DNA of 64,000 nucleotides from a virus. The notes under the pieces are model-generated. The model did no database searches. It worked only from the letters and a program-made list of their open reading frames with translations, and was not told the DNA's origin. Numbering within the stretch: position 1 is the first letter of the stretch; each line of letters begins with the position of its first letter. The position numbers and the translations under genes were made by a program. This document shows, in pieces, positions 1 to 7,666 of this stretch. The stretch lies in the IMG/VR virus record IMGVR_UViG_3300030329_005813, positions 1-64,000 of that record; one strand, given 5' to 3'.

Positions 1-442
1 CATCCTTTACTACAACAGCATAATATCTTTTCCTACGGCGAGTAACGCCTTTATATTTGGAGCGCGTGCCATATAGAGATCCTTTCTTGGCACGAGGCTT
101 TCTAGAGTTCATCGAATTTTGACTATTGGTAACAAGTCGAAGGTTTTCTCTACGGTTATCTAGGCCATTACCATTGATATGATCCGTGTGTTCCTTCCGC
201 GTGAGCGGCCGACCAATTATTCTCTCCATAATAACTCTATGTAACCTTTTTGTTTGGCCATGATGATAAGGACTATTAGCTGCGTGCTCCTTATTGACCC
301 AGCACTTAGCGTAACACGTATAGTGATCACCGTGACGTTTTCTATTGCTATCGCAGAGTCTCCAAGACCACTGCGCCAAGTCGGCATCTTCATCACTGAT
401 AATCGCGACGCTTCCTTTGGTAAGTTTGATATCAATAGCCAT
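1..442 (-). CDS. HNH (HNH-AP2 type) homing endonuclease, 3'-truncated by window edge; not in ORF track
   Basis: Manual translation from ATG at 442 (GGAGG RBS upstream): MAIDIKLTKGSVAIISDEDADLAQWSW...LHRVIM...TDHINGNGLDNRRENLRLVTNSQNSMN...SKYKGV. Contains the HNH motif and the start of an AP2-like domain. Confidence 0.85.
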   Translation of the reverse strand, partial: MAIDIKLTKGSVAIISDEDADLAQWSWRLCDSNRKRHGDHYTCYAKCWVNKEHAANSPYHHGQTKRLHRVIMERIIGRPLTRKEHTDHINGNGLDNRRENLRLVTNSQNSMNSRKPRAKKGSLYGTRSKYKGVTRRRKRYYAVVVKD

Positions 443-632
443 ATCTTTCCTCCATATATAGCTTAACACACAGCGCTTAAAAAGTCAAATTCGAATTTCA
501 TATTTTGGGATTTTTCTGTGGGTGTAGTGAATGTATCAGCCCCGCTTTGCGCCGTACCGCCATATGGTACTTACATCCCGGTATATGGGGGGGAGGGGGG
601 GAGGAGGTACCGTCATAGTCTAGTTTCTTCCT

Positions 633-1329
633 TGTGGAAAACAGTTATCCATAGCATTATCGAGCAGTCTTATATAAGAGTTTAAACCTTTGTTATCATC
701 CTGGGGATAAAGTTATCCCTAGTCTATCCATAGGATAGTGAAAATAGAGATGCCCTAACCATCGGCCTTTTATTAAGGTTTGGGTAAGGGAGGGATAACC
801 TTTATTATCCGCTGTGGATAGCTGGGGATAGTTTATTAATAACCTTAGCCTCCACCATATATCCCTTGGAAGGCCAACAATGCCGTAGCTGTGGACAACC
901 TGTGTATAAGCTGTGGGTTATTTGGTTGCAGCTATTCAACATATGCAAGAGCAGCATAGCCTGTCAACGGTAGGCCTGCAACCATATGCATAAATTAAAG
1001 ATATCGAGCCTGTGGATAAAGTAATTAACAAATCGCTAGAGTGGAGTAAGAAACTTTATTATCGTCGGAAGGGGTTATCCATAGCTTTATCCATATGTTA
1101 AATAAAAAAGGTTGTAGGCCGATAATGCCGTGGTTATGGATAACATAGGGTTGGTTGACAGGAGGGTTGTGTGTATGTATATTATCACCCACCCATTCTC
1201 AGCCTTTCTCCACCCCTATCCCTAACGTATCCTAACTCCCTTCTCTCTCCTCTCTATTCCTTCTCTATGAATACTTTCTCAGTGTTTTTATAAAAAGAAA
1301 GGGCCTAACTGACTTTATCTTGTGGATAA
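633..1329. promoter_or_regulatory. Cluster of DnaA-box-like 9-mers (oriC-like) in a ~1-kb non-coding region
   Basis: Perfect TGTGGATAA at 1011 and 1321; TTWTNCACA-consensus matches at 633 and 901; 1-mismatch boxes at 645, 702, 813, 890, 1075, 1087, 1135; several 2-mismatch boxes; AT-rich tract ~1270-1410. Confidence 0.75.
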
Positions 1330-1455
1330 ACCAATCAGACCCTACTAGTCTCATTATGCTGAATATGTTATTAATTCTTTATATTTTCTTTATATTTCTT
1401 TAGTCTCTATGTAAATGCTTGACATGTCAATGAAACGTCTTCCCACTTCATCCCA

Positions 1456-1674
1456 TTATAACCCACTTTGTTCCCTAATTCCCCCTTGTGGACTGATTGG
1501 GGACAAGAGACTATGTGATATAATAATTGTTTTATCAAGTCTCAAACTATAAACCGCATACGTTGTATATTGTTTGGGGAGTCCCGAAACATTTATTTTC
1601 TTGAATATGCATAGTCCTCCCTTTTCGCCGGTTTTGTATCGGAAAGACAACAATTGTCCTACTTTAAACTTCAC
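1456..1674 (-). CDS. Small SH3/KOW-like phage protein (MKFKVGQLL...)
   Basis: GTG start overlaps the upstream stop; family-type N-terminus. Confidence 0.55.
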   Translation of the reverse strand: MKFKVGQLLSFRYKTGEKGGLCIFKKINVSGLPKQYTTYAVYSLRLDKTIIISHSLLSPISPQGGIREQSGL

Positions 1675-1879
1675 TCTCGTCTTCCTGTGGATTGATGTGG
1701 ATAAGCGCTTTGGGTAGATATGCCATTGTGCATCCGTTGTTAAACCAATAAACGTCAATAACCGGGGTGCCACGGTAAGTTTCGCGGGTGTGAGCAACGA
1801 TGCCCCTTTGGGCCTGTGAAAGGTCACGGCCTAGTGCTGACGTCTTCGTGGCGACCAATTGTCCTCTTTCAAACTTCAT
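1664..1879 (-). CDS. Small SH3/KOW-like phage protein (MKFERGQLV...GIV...VYW)
   Basis: ATGA coupling at 1876-1879; family motif. Confidence 0.65.
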   Translation of the reverse strand: MKFERGQLVATKTSALGRDLSQAQRGIVAHTRETYRGTPVIDVYWFNNGCTMAYLPKALIHINPQEDESEV

Positions 1880-2079
1880 TCTTGCATCTCGCCTGCTCGC
1901 ACCAAGGTTAACGCTGACTTGGGATAGCTTGCATAGTCTTGCGACTTGAGCCAAAAGACTCGCGTGTACCCGGCGAAACCTTCGGAATCGGGATTAACAA
2001 CAATACCACGTCCCTCTGCAAACCGTGGTGGGTCTGAATACTTTAAGTTGGCACGAACCAAATCTCCTGCTTTAAACAC
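1876..2079 (-). CDS. Small SH3/KOW-like phage protein
   Basis: FKAGDLV...GIVV...VFW motif. Confidence 0.7.
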   Translation of the reverse strand: MFKAGDLVRANLKYSDPPRFAEGRGIVVNPDSEGFAGYTRVFWLKSQDYASYPKSALTLVRAGEMQE

Positions 2080-2272
2080 TGTTATTCTCCCTCATCCCTC
2101 TTAGGTGAATGTGATATACCCATTCCGTGGTCATATCCTGAAAGAAATATACATTCACGTTTCCCTCCCTGTCCATATCAATAACAAGACCTCTATCAAA
2201 GGGATTATTATATACATTGATCAATTGTCCGCGTTTGAAGCGCTTGATGCCTAAGCTATGAGTGGTCCGCAT
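2072..2272 (-). CDS. Small SH3/KOW-like phage protein
   Basis: FKRGQLI...GLVI...VYF motif. Confidence 0.65.
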   Translation of the reverse strand: MRTTHSLGIKRFKRGQLINVYNNPFDRGLVIDMDREGNVNVYFFQDMTTEWVYHIHLRGMRENNSV

Positions 2273-2468
2273 CCTTCACCCTTATAATGCTGTGTGATGT
2301 GAAAGTAATTGTGTTTCCCTTTGCTAACCAATATACATCATACCTTGAATACTTCTCATTGTATGCCTGATAACTCTTTCTTACAACAATCCCCAACCTC
2401 TTTGGTATACCACGGGGCTCACCGGTGAGCTTCTTGATGTATACCAACTCTCCTGGTTTGAACTCCAT
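2256..2468 (-). CDS. Small SH3/KOW-like phage protein
   Basis: FKPGELV...GIVV...VYW motif. Confidence 0.7.
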   Translation of the reverse strand: MEFKPGELVYIKKLTGEPRGIPKRLGIVVRKSYQAYNEKYSRYDVYWLAKGNTITFTSHSIIRVKDADHS

Positions 2469-2710
2469 TATTCAATTCCTGAGATTGTATGCAAAAGCAG
2501 TGTTGAGAATGAACCAATCTTCATGTGTCTTAACCAATAAACATAAGCTATATCCTCACCTTTGTGCTCAAAACCCACGACAATCCCCTTGTCTCCGTTC
2601 TCCAACTGAATCAATTCTTTGGACATTGGGTAGCCAAACGGCGTCATCCAAAACTCTACTTTTGCCGTTACCAAGTCGCCAATCATAAAATTCTTCCGTT
2701 TTATGCTCAT
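2468..2710 (-). CDS. Small SH3/KOW-like phage protein
   Basis: FMIGDLV...GIVV...VYW motif. Confidence 0.7.
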   Translation of the reverse strand: MSIKRKNFMIGDLVTAKVEFWMTPFGYPMSKELIQLENGDKGIVVGFEHKGEDIAYVYWLRHMKIGSFSTLLLHTISGIE

Positions 2711-2764
2711 TGTGTATACCTGATGTGTTGTTCGGGGAAAAAAATGGCGCTGAAACCTTTGGTT

Positions 2765-2977
2765 CTATCTCGTATTTTCCACAACTTTTGTCAACTTATA
2801 AATATTAACCCATTCGGCGGGCCTGAACATCCTGGGCGGCCATAACACCCAAGTAACCTGGATTTTCATTCCATCTTGATCTAAAACAATTCCTAACGTT
2901 GCGCGGGGTGGCAAAACATCCTCGTGACGAACCATATCACCTTTGTTGAATTTGTGAGATTTGAGGCCGTCTTTCAA
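2765..2977 (-). CDS. Small SH3/KOW-like phage protein
   Basis: FNKGDMV...GIVL...VTW motif. Confidence 0.7.
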   Translation of the reverse strand: MKDGLKSHKFNKGDMVRHEDVLPPRATLGIVLDQDGMKIQVTWVLWPPRMFRPAEWVNIYKLTKVVENTR

Positions 2978-3177
2978 GATACCAACTCAACTTCGTTTAC
3001 GGTGGGACGAACCTTGCAAACTGGGTCCATTAACCAATAAACGTTCAATATAACTGTGTTATCGTCGGTGACTAACTCATCTCCGAAAACTTTGAGATCT
3101 TTTACCAAGCCTAAAAAGTGAGGGCTTCCATTTCTTAGGCGTACAATGCTGCCTTTCTTAATCTTCATTTTCATCAC
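2974..3177 (-). CDS. Small SH3/KOW-like phage protein
   Basis: IKKGSIV...GLV...VYW motif. Confidence 0.65.
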   Translation of the reverse strand: MMKMKIKKGSIVRLRNGSPHFLGLVKDLKVFGDELVTDDNTVILNVYWLMDPVCKVRPTVNEVELVS

Positions 3178-3376
3178 AATACACTCTTAGGCTTTGTGCG
3201 CCGTGGGTCGCAACGTAAGGCGTTTTCTCATAAGGGTGTTCAAACCACAATACTTTCCAACCAGTCCAATCAAATAACTTAAGTTGCTCCTCGGTGTCGG
3301 GAACAACGCCACGACAAAGCAAAATCCCCTTGAATCCAAATATATCCTTAAGTTTAACCAAGTCTCCTACTTTCAT
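3158..3376 (-). CDS. Small SH3/KOW-like phage protein (MKVGDLV...)
   Basis: GGAG RBS before ATG 3376; family motif. Confidence 0.7.
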   Translation of the reverse strand: MKVGDLVKLKDIFGFKGILLCRGVVPDTEEQLKLFDWTGWKVLWFEHPYEKTPYVATHGAQSLRVYCDENED

Positions 3377-3498
3377 AAGATTCAAACTCCAATAAATCAA
3401 AATCGTTTTTTAAGGCCGTTTTCGCTTCCGTGGCGGCCTTGGGCGGCTCTGATGAGTCCTTACCCTCTCGAAGCCCTGGAGGGCTCTCTAGGGCGTCT

Positions 3499-3765
3499 CT
3501 AGGGCTCGCTAGATGCCTTCTCGGGTGTCTGGTCCGCTGGAGCACCGACCCACAAAAGGTGGGCGGGTCTGACGGCTACATCGCCAACGTTGGGGAAGGA
3601 CGCCAAATAACCAGTATAATACTGATCTTTGTCCTCGCCCTTCCAAAACTCAACTTCGGCCTTGATAATTCCAATGCCGTATTCGTCAAACATACTATGT
3701 CGGACCAACCTACCTTTATAGGGGGTATTCGAATCGGTGACACCCCAACCTGAGCCTTTACTCAC
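3499..3765 (-). CDS. Small SH3-like phage protein
   Basis: GTGA coupling at 3762-3765; GRLVRH...GIGII motif. Confidence 0.55.
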   Translation of the reverse strand: MSKGSGWGVTDSNTPYKGRLVRHSMFDEYGIGIIKAEVEFWKGEDKDQYYTGYLASFPNVGDVAVRPAHLLWVGAPADQTPEKASSEP

Positions 3766-3932
3766 TTTAAACCTCCATTTTGCTTCGCTACACGACAAAA
3801 CCGAACGTCTTCGCGTGATGCTTCGCCGTAATCACACCAAAAAACCAAGATTTTATCTCCCTTTTGGTCCTCTAGGGCGACGCCGATAGCGTCTGACCCA
3901 TTCCATTTAATCAAATCACCCTTTCTAAGCAT
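3762..3932 (-). CDS. Small SH3/KOW-like protein, 56 aa (not in ORF track)
   Basis: MLRKGDLIKWNGSDAIGVALEDQKGDKILVFW... Confidence 0.65.
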   Translation of the reverse strand: MLRKGDLIKWNGSDAIGVALEDQKGDKILVFWCDYGEASREDVRFCRVAKQNGGLK

Positions 3933-4141
3933 CTTTTTGTCCTTTGTTAGATAAGACCTTAAGAAGCCGGATCTTCGTCCTCATAGCTTCGCTAAGATCG
4001 AACCAGTAGACCCAAACCCGGCTAGAAGGCGGGCTTTCGTCTTCCATGACGATACCGATGGCATGACTGTAATTGACCAAATCACCCTTTCTAAGCATCT
4101 TTTTGTTCTCTGCCAGATAAAGCCTTGAGAGCCCGGATCTT
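3912..4141. repeat. 64-bp imperfect direct repeat (3912-3975 and 4078-4141) spanning two gene junctions
   Basis: First 29 bp identical (CAAATCACCCTTTCTAAGCATCTTTTTGT); period 166 bp. Confidence 0.9.
3925..4098 (-). CDS. Small SH3/KOW-like protein, 57 aa (not in ORF track)
   Basis: MLRKGDLVNYSHAIGIVMEDESPPSSRVWVYW... Confidence 0.65.
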   Translation of the reverse strand: MLRKGDLVNYSHAIGIVMEDESPPSSRVWVYWFDLSEAMRTKIRLLKVLSNKGQKDA

Positions 4142-4321
4142 GTTGCAGCCGCAGATGGCCGCCACTATCCGGGGGTAACACGCCTTATGAATCGTAATAG
4201 CCAGCTTTCTACAGGCATCTTCCGTGGGTGCCTCTTTTTGGGCCGCGAAGAAGAGATGAAGCACTTCCTCGTCGTCTTCTTCTTCATTAATGGCTTTGAT
4301 CCAGTATTCTACGCTTTTCAT
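4091..4321 (-). CDS. Hypothetical protein (MKSVEYW...)
   Basis: GAGGAG RBS before ATG 4321. Confidence 0.6.
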   Translation of the reverse strand: MKSVEYWIKAINEEEDDEEVLHLFFAAQKEAPTEDACRKLAITIHKACYPRIVAAICGCNKIRALKALSGREQKDA

Positions 4322-4337
4322 AATATCTCCTCTCGAC

Positions 4338-5597
4338 CTAAACCGTGATTTCAAGTACTTTTTCGTGTGTCTTGAAGAAAGGTTGGGTTGCACCGTAAGA
4401 ATCGGTCATCCACATACGCTGACAATTGCTTGGAATAGGCTTTGGAGCGCACATATCGGTAAGAACGATGTGACCATCGAGCTTCTGGCTGTTGACATAC
4501 TCCGTTGGGGCGTTAAAGCAGGTTCCACCGTACATAACACGCTCCCAAGGCTTTTTCTGTCCTTTCTTCCAGGTAAATACGAGATCTTCGTTAACCGTAG
4601 TATCAAAGGGTACAACCACGAACTCGGCATACTTGGCCAAGGCTTCAAGCTCCGAAAAGAAGGCTGCAAGCATCGAATTCGAGACACTACCGGACTGGTC
4701 GATACTAATGGCGATACGGGCAACGCGCTCAGAGCGCTTACCGGCGTGAATGTAGGGGAAACGCCGATTAATACGCTTCACGGTTGAACGCCGATTAGCC
4801 TTTTGGCTGGCTTTAACAAAGGAACGAAGTACCTTTCTCCAATCAACCTTTGAAGTGATGGACTCCATAATGGTCTTCTTCATGCCGGCAGAAACGGAGC
4901 CCCAACCTCGGGTATTGGCTTCTTCGGCGGCCTTCTTGACCATATCCTTAAGGCGCTCCTGGGCGATTTGCTGGTTTGTACCTTCCTCACCGGCTGATGC
5001 CTCGCCCCATCCAGAGTGGTCGTCAAGCGGCTCGGCGTCGCTCATACCGCCGCCCGAACCTTCACTATCGGAATCGCCTGAACCTTCGCCAGAGCCACCG
5101 CCCCCGCCGCCCTCTTTCTCTTCAAGAATGAGTTTGTAATAGGCTTCTGCGGATAATCCCTCTGGAAGGTCGGCGAACGTGTCGCGGCCTGGAATGAGAG
5201 CCGAAGGCGGCAATTCATCAGGAATATGGGTGTTAATCGCGAGATCCATCGCGATGTTCCACGTCTTGTTGATACCCTCTTCTGGCTTTCTGGTGGTACA
5301 ATGCCCATAAATCAGGTGGTAGAACTCGTGCATCAAGATACCACGAACCCACCGATACTTATTGTTGGCGTTCTCCTTGGTTTCTCCGCACTCTTTGATC
5401 ATACGCTCCATAAAATCTGGATTATAAACCAGTTCAAACCGGCCTTCTTCGGTAACGGTAACGCCAGCGGTAGGAACCGTGGAACAAGCTCGTTTATCGA
5501 GCCGGCGCGAAAGAGCGGCGAAGAACGGCTCATCAGAGAGAAGCCGATGAGTGTGCATGTTGAGGTTGAAAGTAGCTTTTGGGGCTTTATCAGACAT
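4338..5597 (-). CDS. HExxH metallopeptidase-like domain plus vWA domain protein (DUF2201-like), partner of MoxR AAA ATPase
   Basis: HEFYH, WNIAMDLAIN, Gly/Ser linker, MIDAS DQSGS, GGT and LTD motifs; start moved to MSDKAP because the upstream extension overlaps a promoter. Confidence 0.85.
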   Translation of the reverse strand: MSDKAPKATFNLNMHTHRLLSDEPFFAALSRRLDKRACSTVPTAGVTVTEEGRFELVYNPDFMERMIKECGETKENANNKYRWVRGILMHEFYHLIYGHCTTRKPEEGINKTWNIAMDLAINTHIPDELPPSALIPGRDTFADLPEGLSAEAYYKLILEEKEGGGGGGSGEGSGDSDSEGSGGGMSDAEPLDDHSGWGEASAGEEGTNQQIAQERLKDMVKKAAEEANTRGWGSVSAGMKKTIMESITSKVDWRKVLRSFVKASQKANRRSTVKRINRRFPYIHAGKRSERVARIAISIDQSGSVSNSMLAAFFSELEALAKYAEFVVVPFDTTVNEDLVFTWKKGQKKPWERVMYGGTCFNAPTEYVNSQKLDGHIVLTDMCAPKPIPSNCQRMWMTDSYGATQPFFKTHEKVLEITV

Positions 5598-5640
5598 CAA
5601 GTAGACTCCAGAGTCGGGAACTTCCCCGACCATTACAGTA

Positions 5641-5701
5641 ATTATACACCCAAACGCCAACAAAGTCAAGATTTTTCTGCGCCCTTGACAATCTCTTTAC
5701 A
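5641..5701 (-). promoter_or_regulatory. Sigma70-like early promoter with inverted tandem upstream element
   Basis: TTGACT-17bp-TATAAT; CTTGACA-ATCT-CTTTACA on + strand at 5684-5701. Confidence 0.8.
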
Positions 5702-5944
5702 TTCATTCTGATATTGTAGTTTGGATCGTTGATGGCCTTGTGGGCGACGTTATCCGCCGAACGTCCGGCAACGTGGGCAGAGCATCAGAAAGGGGTCTGT
5801 CGGGTCCGTGAAGGGGCCTAGAGAGCATCCCACAAGCTTGGACGAGTCAGTAATCGCCTGATGCCTGCTAGGGCCTCTAGAGGCTTCTATGGACGCGAGA
5901 AGAAGTGTTTCTGAGATCATAGTTTATTCCTACATAAAGTAAAA

Positions 5945-5984
5945 GGCCCCGATTACCTAGATTTCAACCAGATAATCGGGGCCA
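5945..5984 (-). terminator. Probable intrinsic terminator
   Basis: GGCCCCGATTA...TAATCGGGGCC inverted repeat followed by a T-run on the minus strand. Confidence 0.6.
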
Positions 5985-6007
5985 TTTTGAATTGCGAGGC
6001 GCTCACG

Positions 6008-6178
6008 TTACTCGCTCTCTGCTAGCCGAAGACGGCGTTGAAGGTACTCTATGAGATCTTCCGCTCCGTCATCGATATGTTCGTTCGTTTCGTTTTCGTG
6101 GAACCAAAGAGCGCCTATAAGGCTTTCAATCTGCTCTTTCGTCAAACTTAATTGAAAACGTTCGCTAGGCGATGCCAT
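6008..6178 (-). CDS. Hypothetical protein (MASPSERFQ...)
   Basis: TAATG coupling to the upstream peptide. Confidence 0.55.
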   Translation of the reverse strand: MASPSERFQLSLTKEQIESLIGALWFHENETNEHIDDGAEDLIEYLQRRLRLAESE

Positions 6179-6264
6179 TAGGCCACCGAAAAACAAGCAA
6201 GAACGGGCATTACAGCGACGAAGACCATCAGAGTGTCCGCGTAATCGAAATAGTGATTTCTCAT
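6178..6264 (-). CDS. 28-aa hydrophobic peptide (MRNHYFDYADTLMVFVAVMPVLACFSVA); not in ORF track
   Basis: AGGAGG RBS and own TTGACA-17-TACATT promoter at ~6294-6322. Confidence 0.5.
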   Translation of the reverse strand: MRNHYFDYADTLMVFVAVMPVLACFSVA

Positions 6265-6340
6265 TTTATAGTTTCCTCCTAAATTATCAAGCCAATGTAA
6301 CAGGCCAAGGAATGTTTGTCAAGGTTAAAAGTAAAAAAAA

Positions 6341-6413
6341 TGGGATGAGAGGGGCTCGAACCCTCGACTCTCGGCTTAAAAGGCCGGTGCTCTGCCAACT
6401 GAGCTATCATCCC
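6341..6413 (-). tRNA. tRNA-Lys(UUU)
   Basis: GGGATGA/TCATCCC acceptor, GCTC/GAGC D-stem, CTTTTAA anticodon loop, TTCGAGC T-loop; CCA not encoded. Confidence 0.92.
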
Positions 6414-6466
6414 GTTAAAAGGTGCAATATGGCCCGCCCCTTATTAAGGGGCGAGCAAGCTAGCTT

Positions 6467-7540
6467 TTAGCCAACGATCTCAACAATGAAGTCAAGAACG
6501 GTCTTACCGTTGTTGGCGGTCGCAGAGTGAAGCGCGATAACGTTGGAGCTATCAGCAACTTGGCCGATAGAAGCGAAGAGCTTCATAGCAACCTCGGACG
6601 GGAGCGTCACGAACCAGTTAGCGAGGTTTTGAATCTGCGAGGAAGAAAGCGGATTCTCAAGAAGACCACTCGCCTCCAGCTTCTCGACGAGTGCCAAGTG
6701 GTCGTTAATACCGAAGTCAGCGGTCTTTTCGACCTGACCGTGATCGAGAATGTCCTCGATAGTGACGATACGCTCGTACTTTTCGCAGAAGTCACGGAAA
6801 GAGACAGCAGCCTCGAAGCCAACGAAGGCACACGCGAGATTATAGATAGAAGCAAGACTTTGCTTCGGCTCCGCGAGAAGACAAGCTCCATCGAGGGTTT
6901 TGTTGAAACGAACCCACGAGCGGCGTGAAGGATAGACCTTGTTCGGCTCGTAACCGCCGCCATCGGGAGTGTACTCCAGATGGGTGTGGTTCTGGTTGAT
7001 GAAGTCCCAAACCATAGGATCAACCTTGCCATTGGCCCAGGTGAGCCAGTCGGACACGGTGGGCTCGACGTCAAAGACGGTCCAGCGGTCAAGCTCGGCG
7101 GGGTCCATCTCACCGACCTGATAGGACGAAGCACCGGCATGCTCGCCACCGTTGACGGCTGCGAAAATGCGGGTTTCAGGGTGTAAATGCCACCCGTTCA
7201 GCTTGCGCGAATCGGTAAGCTCGAAAATACCCTGGCGAACCTCCATAGTAGCGCGGTCGACCTCATCGAGGAAGAGCACCACGGGATTATCGCAGGCTTC
7301 TTTGAGCCAGTCAGGGGCGTTCCAACGCGTGGACTCGCCGGTAATAGAGGGGAGACCCATAAGATCGCCCTCGGTCATCTGCGAGGCGCGACGCTCGACG
7401 ACGGGCAGGCCCAGGGACTGGGCCATCTGATAAACCAGTTCAGACTTACCAATACCGTGGCGGCCACGGACGAGAACGGGCATGCCGGCATCGACGACGT
7501 GAGGGATAACAGCGGAAAAAGTGGCGAAATCAACGGCCAT
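6467..7540 (-). CDS. MoxR-family AAA+ ATPase
   Basis: Walker A GRHGIGKS, Walker B LFLDEVDRA, AAVN sensor, DPAELDRW, PSRRSW. Confidence 0.88.
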   Translation of the reverse strand: MAVDFATFSAVIPHVVDAGMPVLVRGRHGIGKSELVYQMAQSLGLPVVERRASQMTEGDLMGLPSITGESTRWNAPDWLKEACDNPVVLFLDEVDRATMEVRQGIFELTDSRKLNGWHLHPETRIFAAVNGGEHAGASSYQVGEMDPAELDRWTVFDVEPTVSDWLTWANGKVDPMVWDFINQNHTHLEYTPDGGGYEPNKVYPSRRSWVRFNKTLDGACLLAEPKQSLASIYNLACAFVGFEAAVSFRDFCEKYERIVTIEDILDHGQVEKTADFGINDHLALVEKLEASGLLENPLSSSQIQNLANWFVTLPSEVAMKLFASIGQVADSSNVIALHSATANNGKTVLDFIVEIVG

Positions 7541-7585
7541 TTAGGAATTCTCCAGCGTCGAGGGGCATCCCCGACTTACTCTATA

Positions 7586-7641
7586 ATTATACACCCAATC
7601 AGGTACAAAGTAAAGGATTTAATTGTAAAGGAAATGTCAAG
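7586..7641 (-). promoter_or_regulatory. Early promoter with tandem upstream element
   Basis: TTTACT-17-TATAAT; TGTAAAG-GAAA-TGTCAAG (+) at 7624-7641. Confidence 0.8.
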
Positions 7642-7666
7642 GCCGAGATGGCTCGGCCAACCTAGT

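Noticed and set aside
217-466. Track ORFs 217-435 (-) and 254-466 (+)
   Set aside because: They overlap the HNH endonuclease frame starting at 442, which has a clear RBS and catalytic motif
1686-2783. Additional DnaA boxes at 1696 and 2775
   Set aside because: They are isolated matches inside coding sequence and may be chance, so they were not counted in the array
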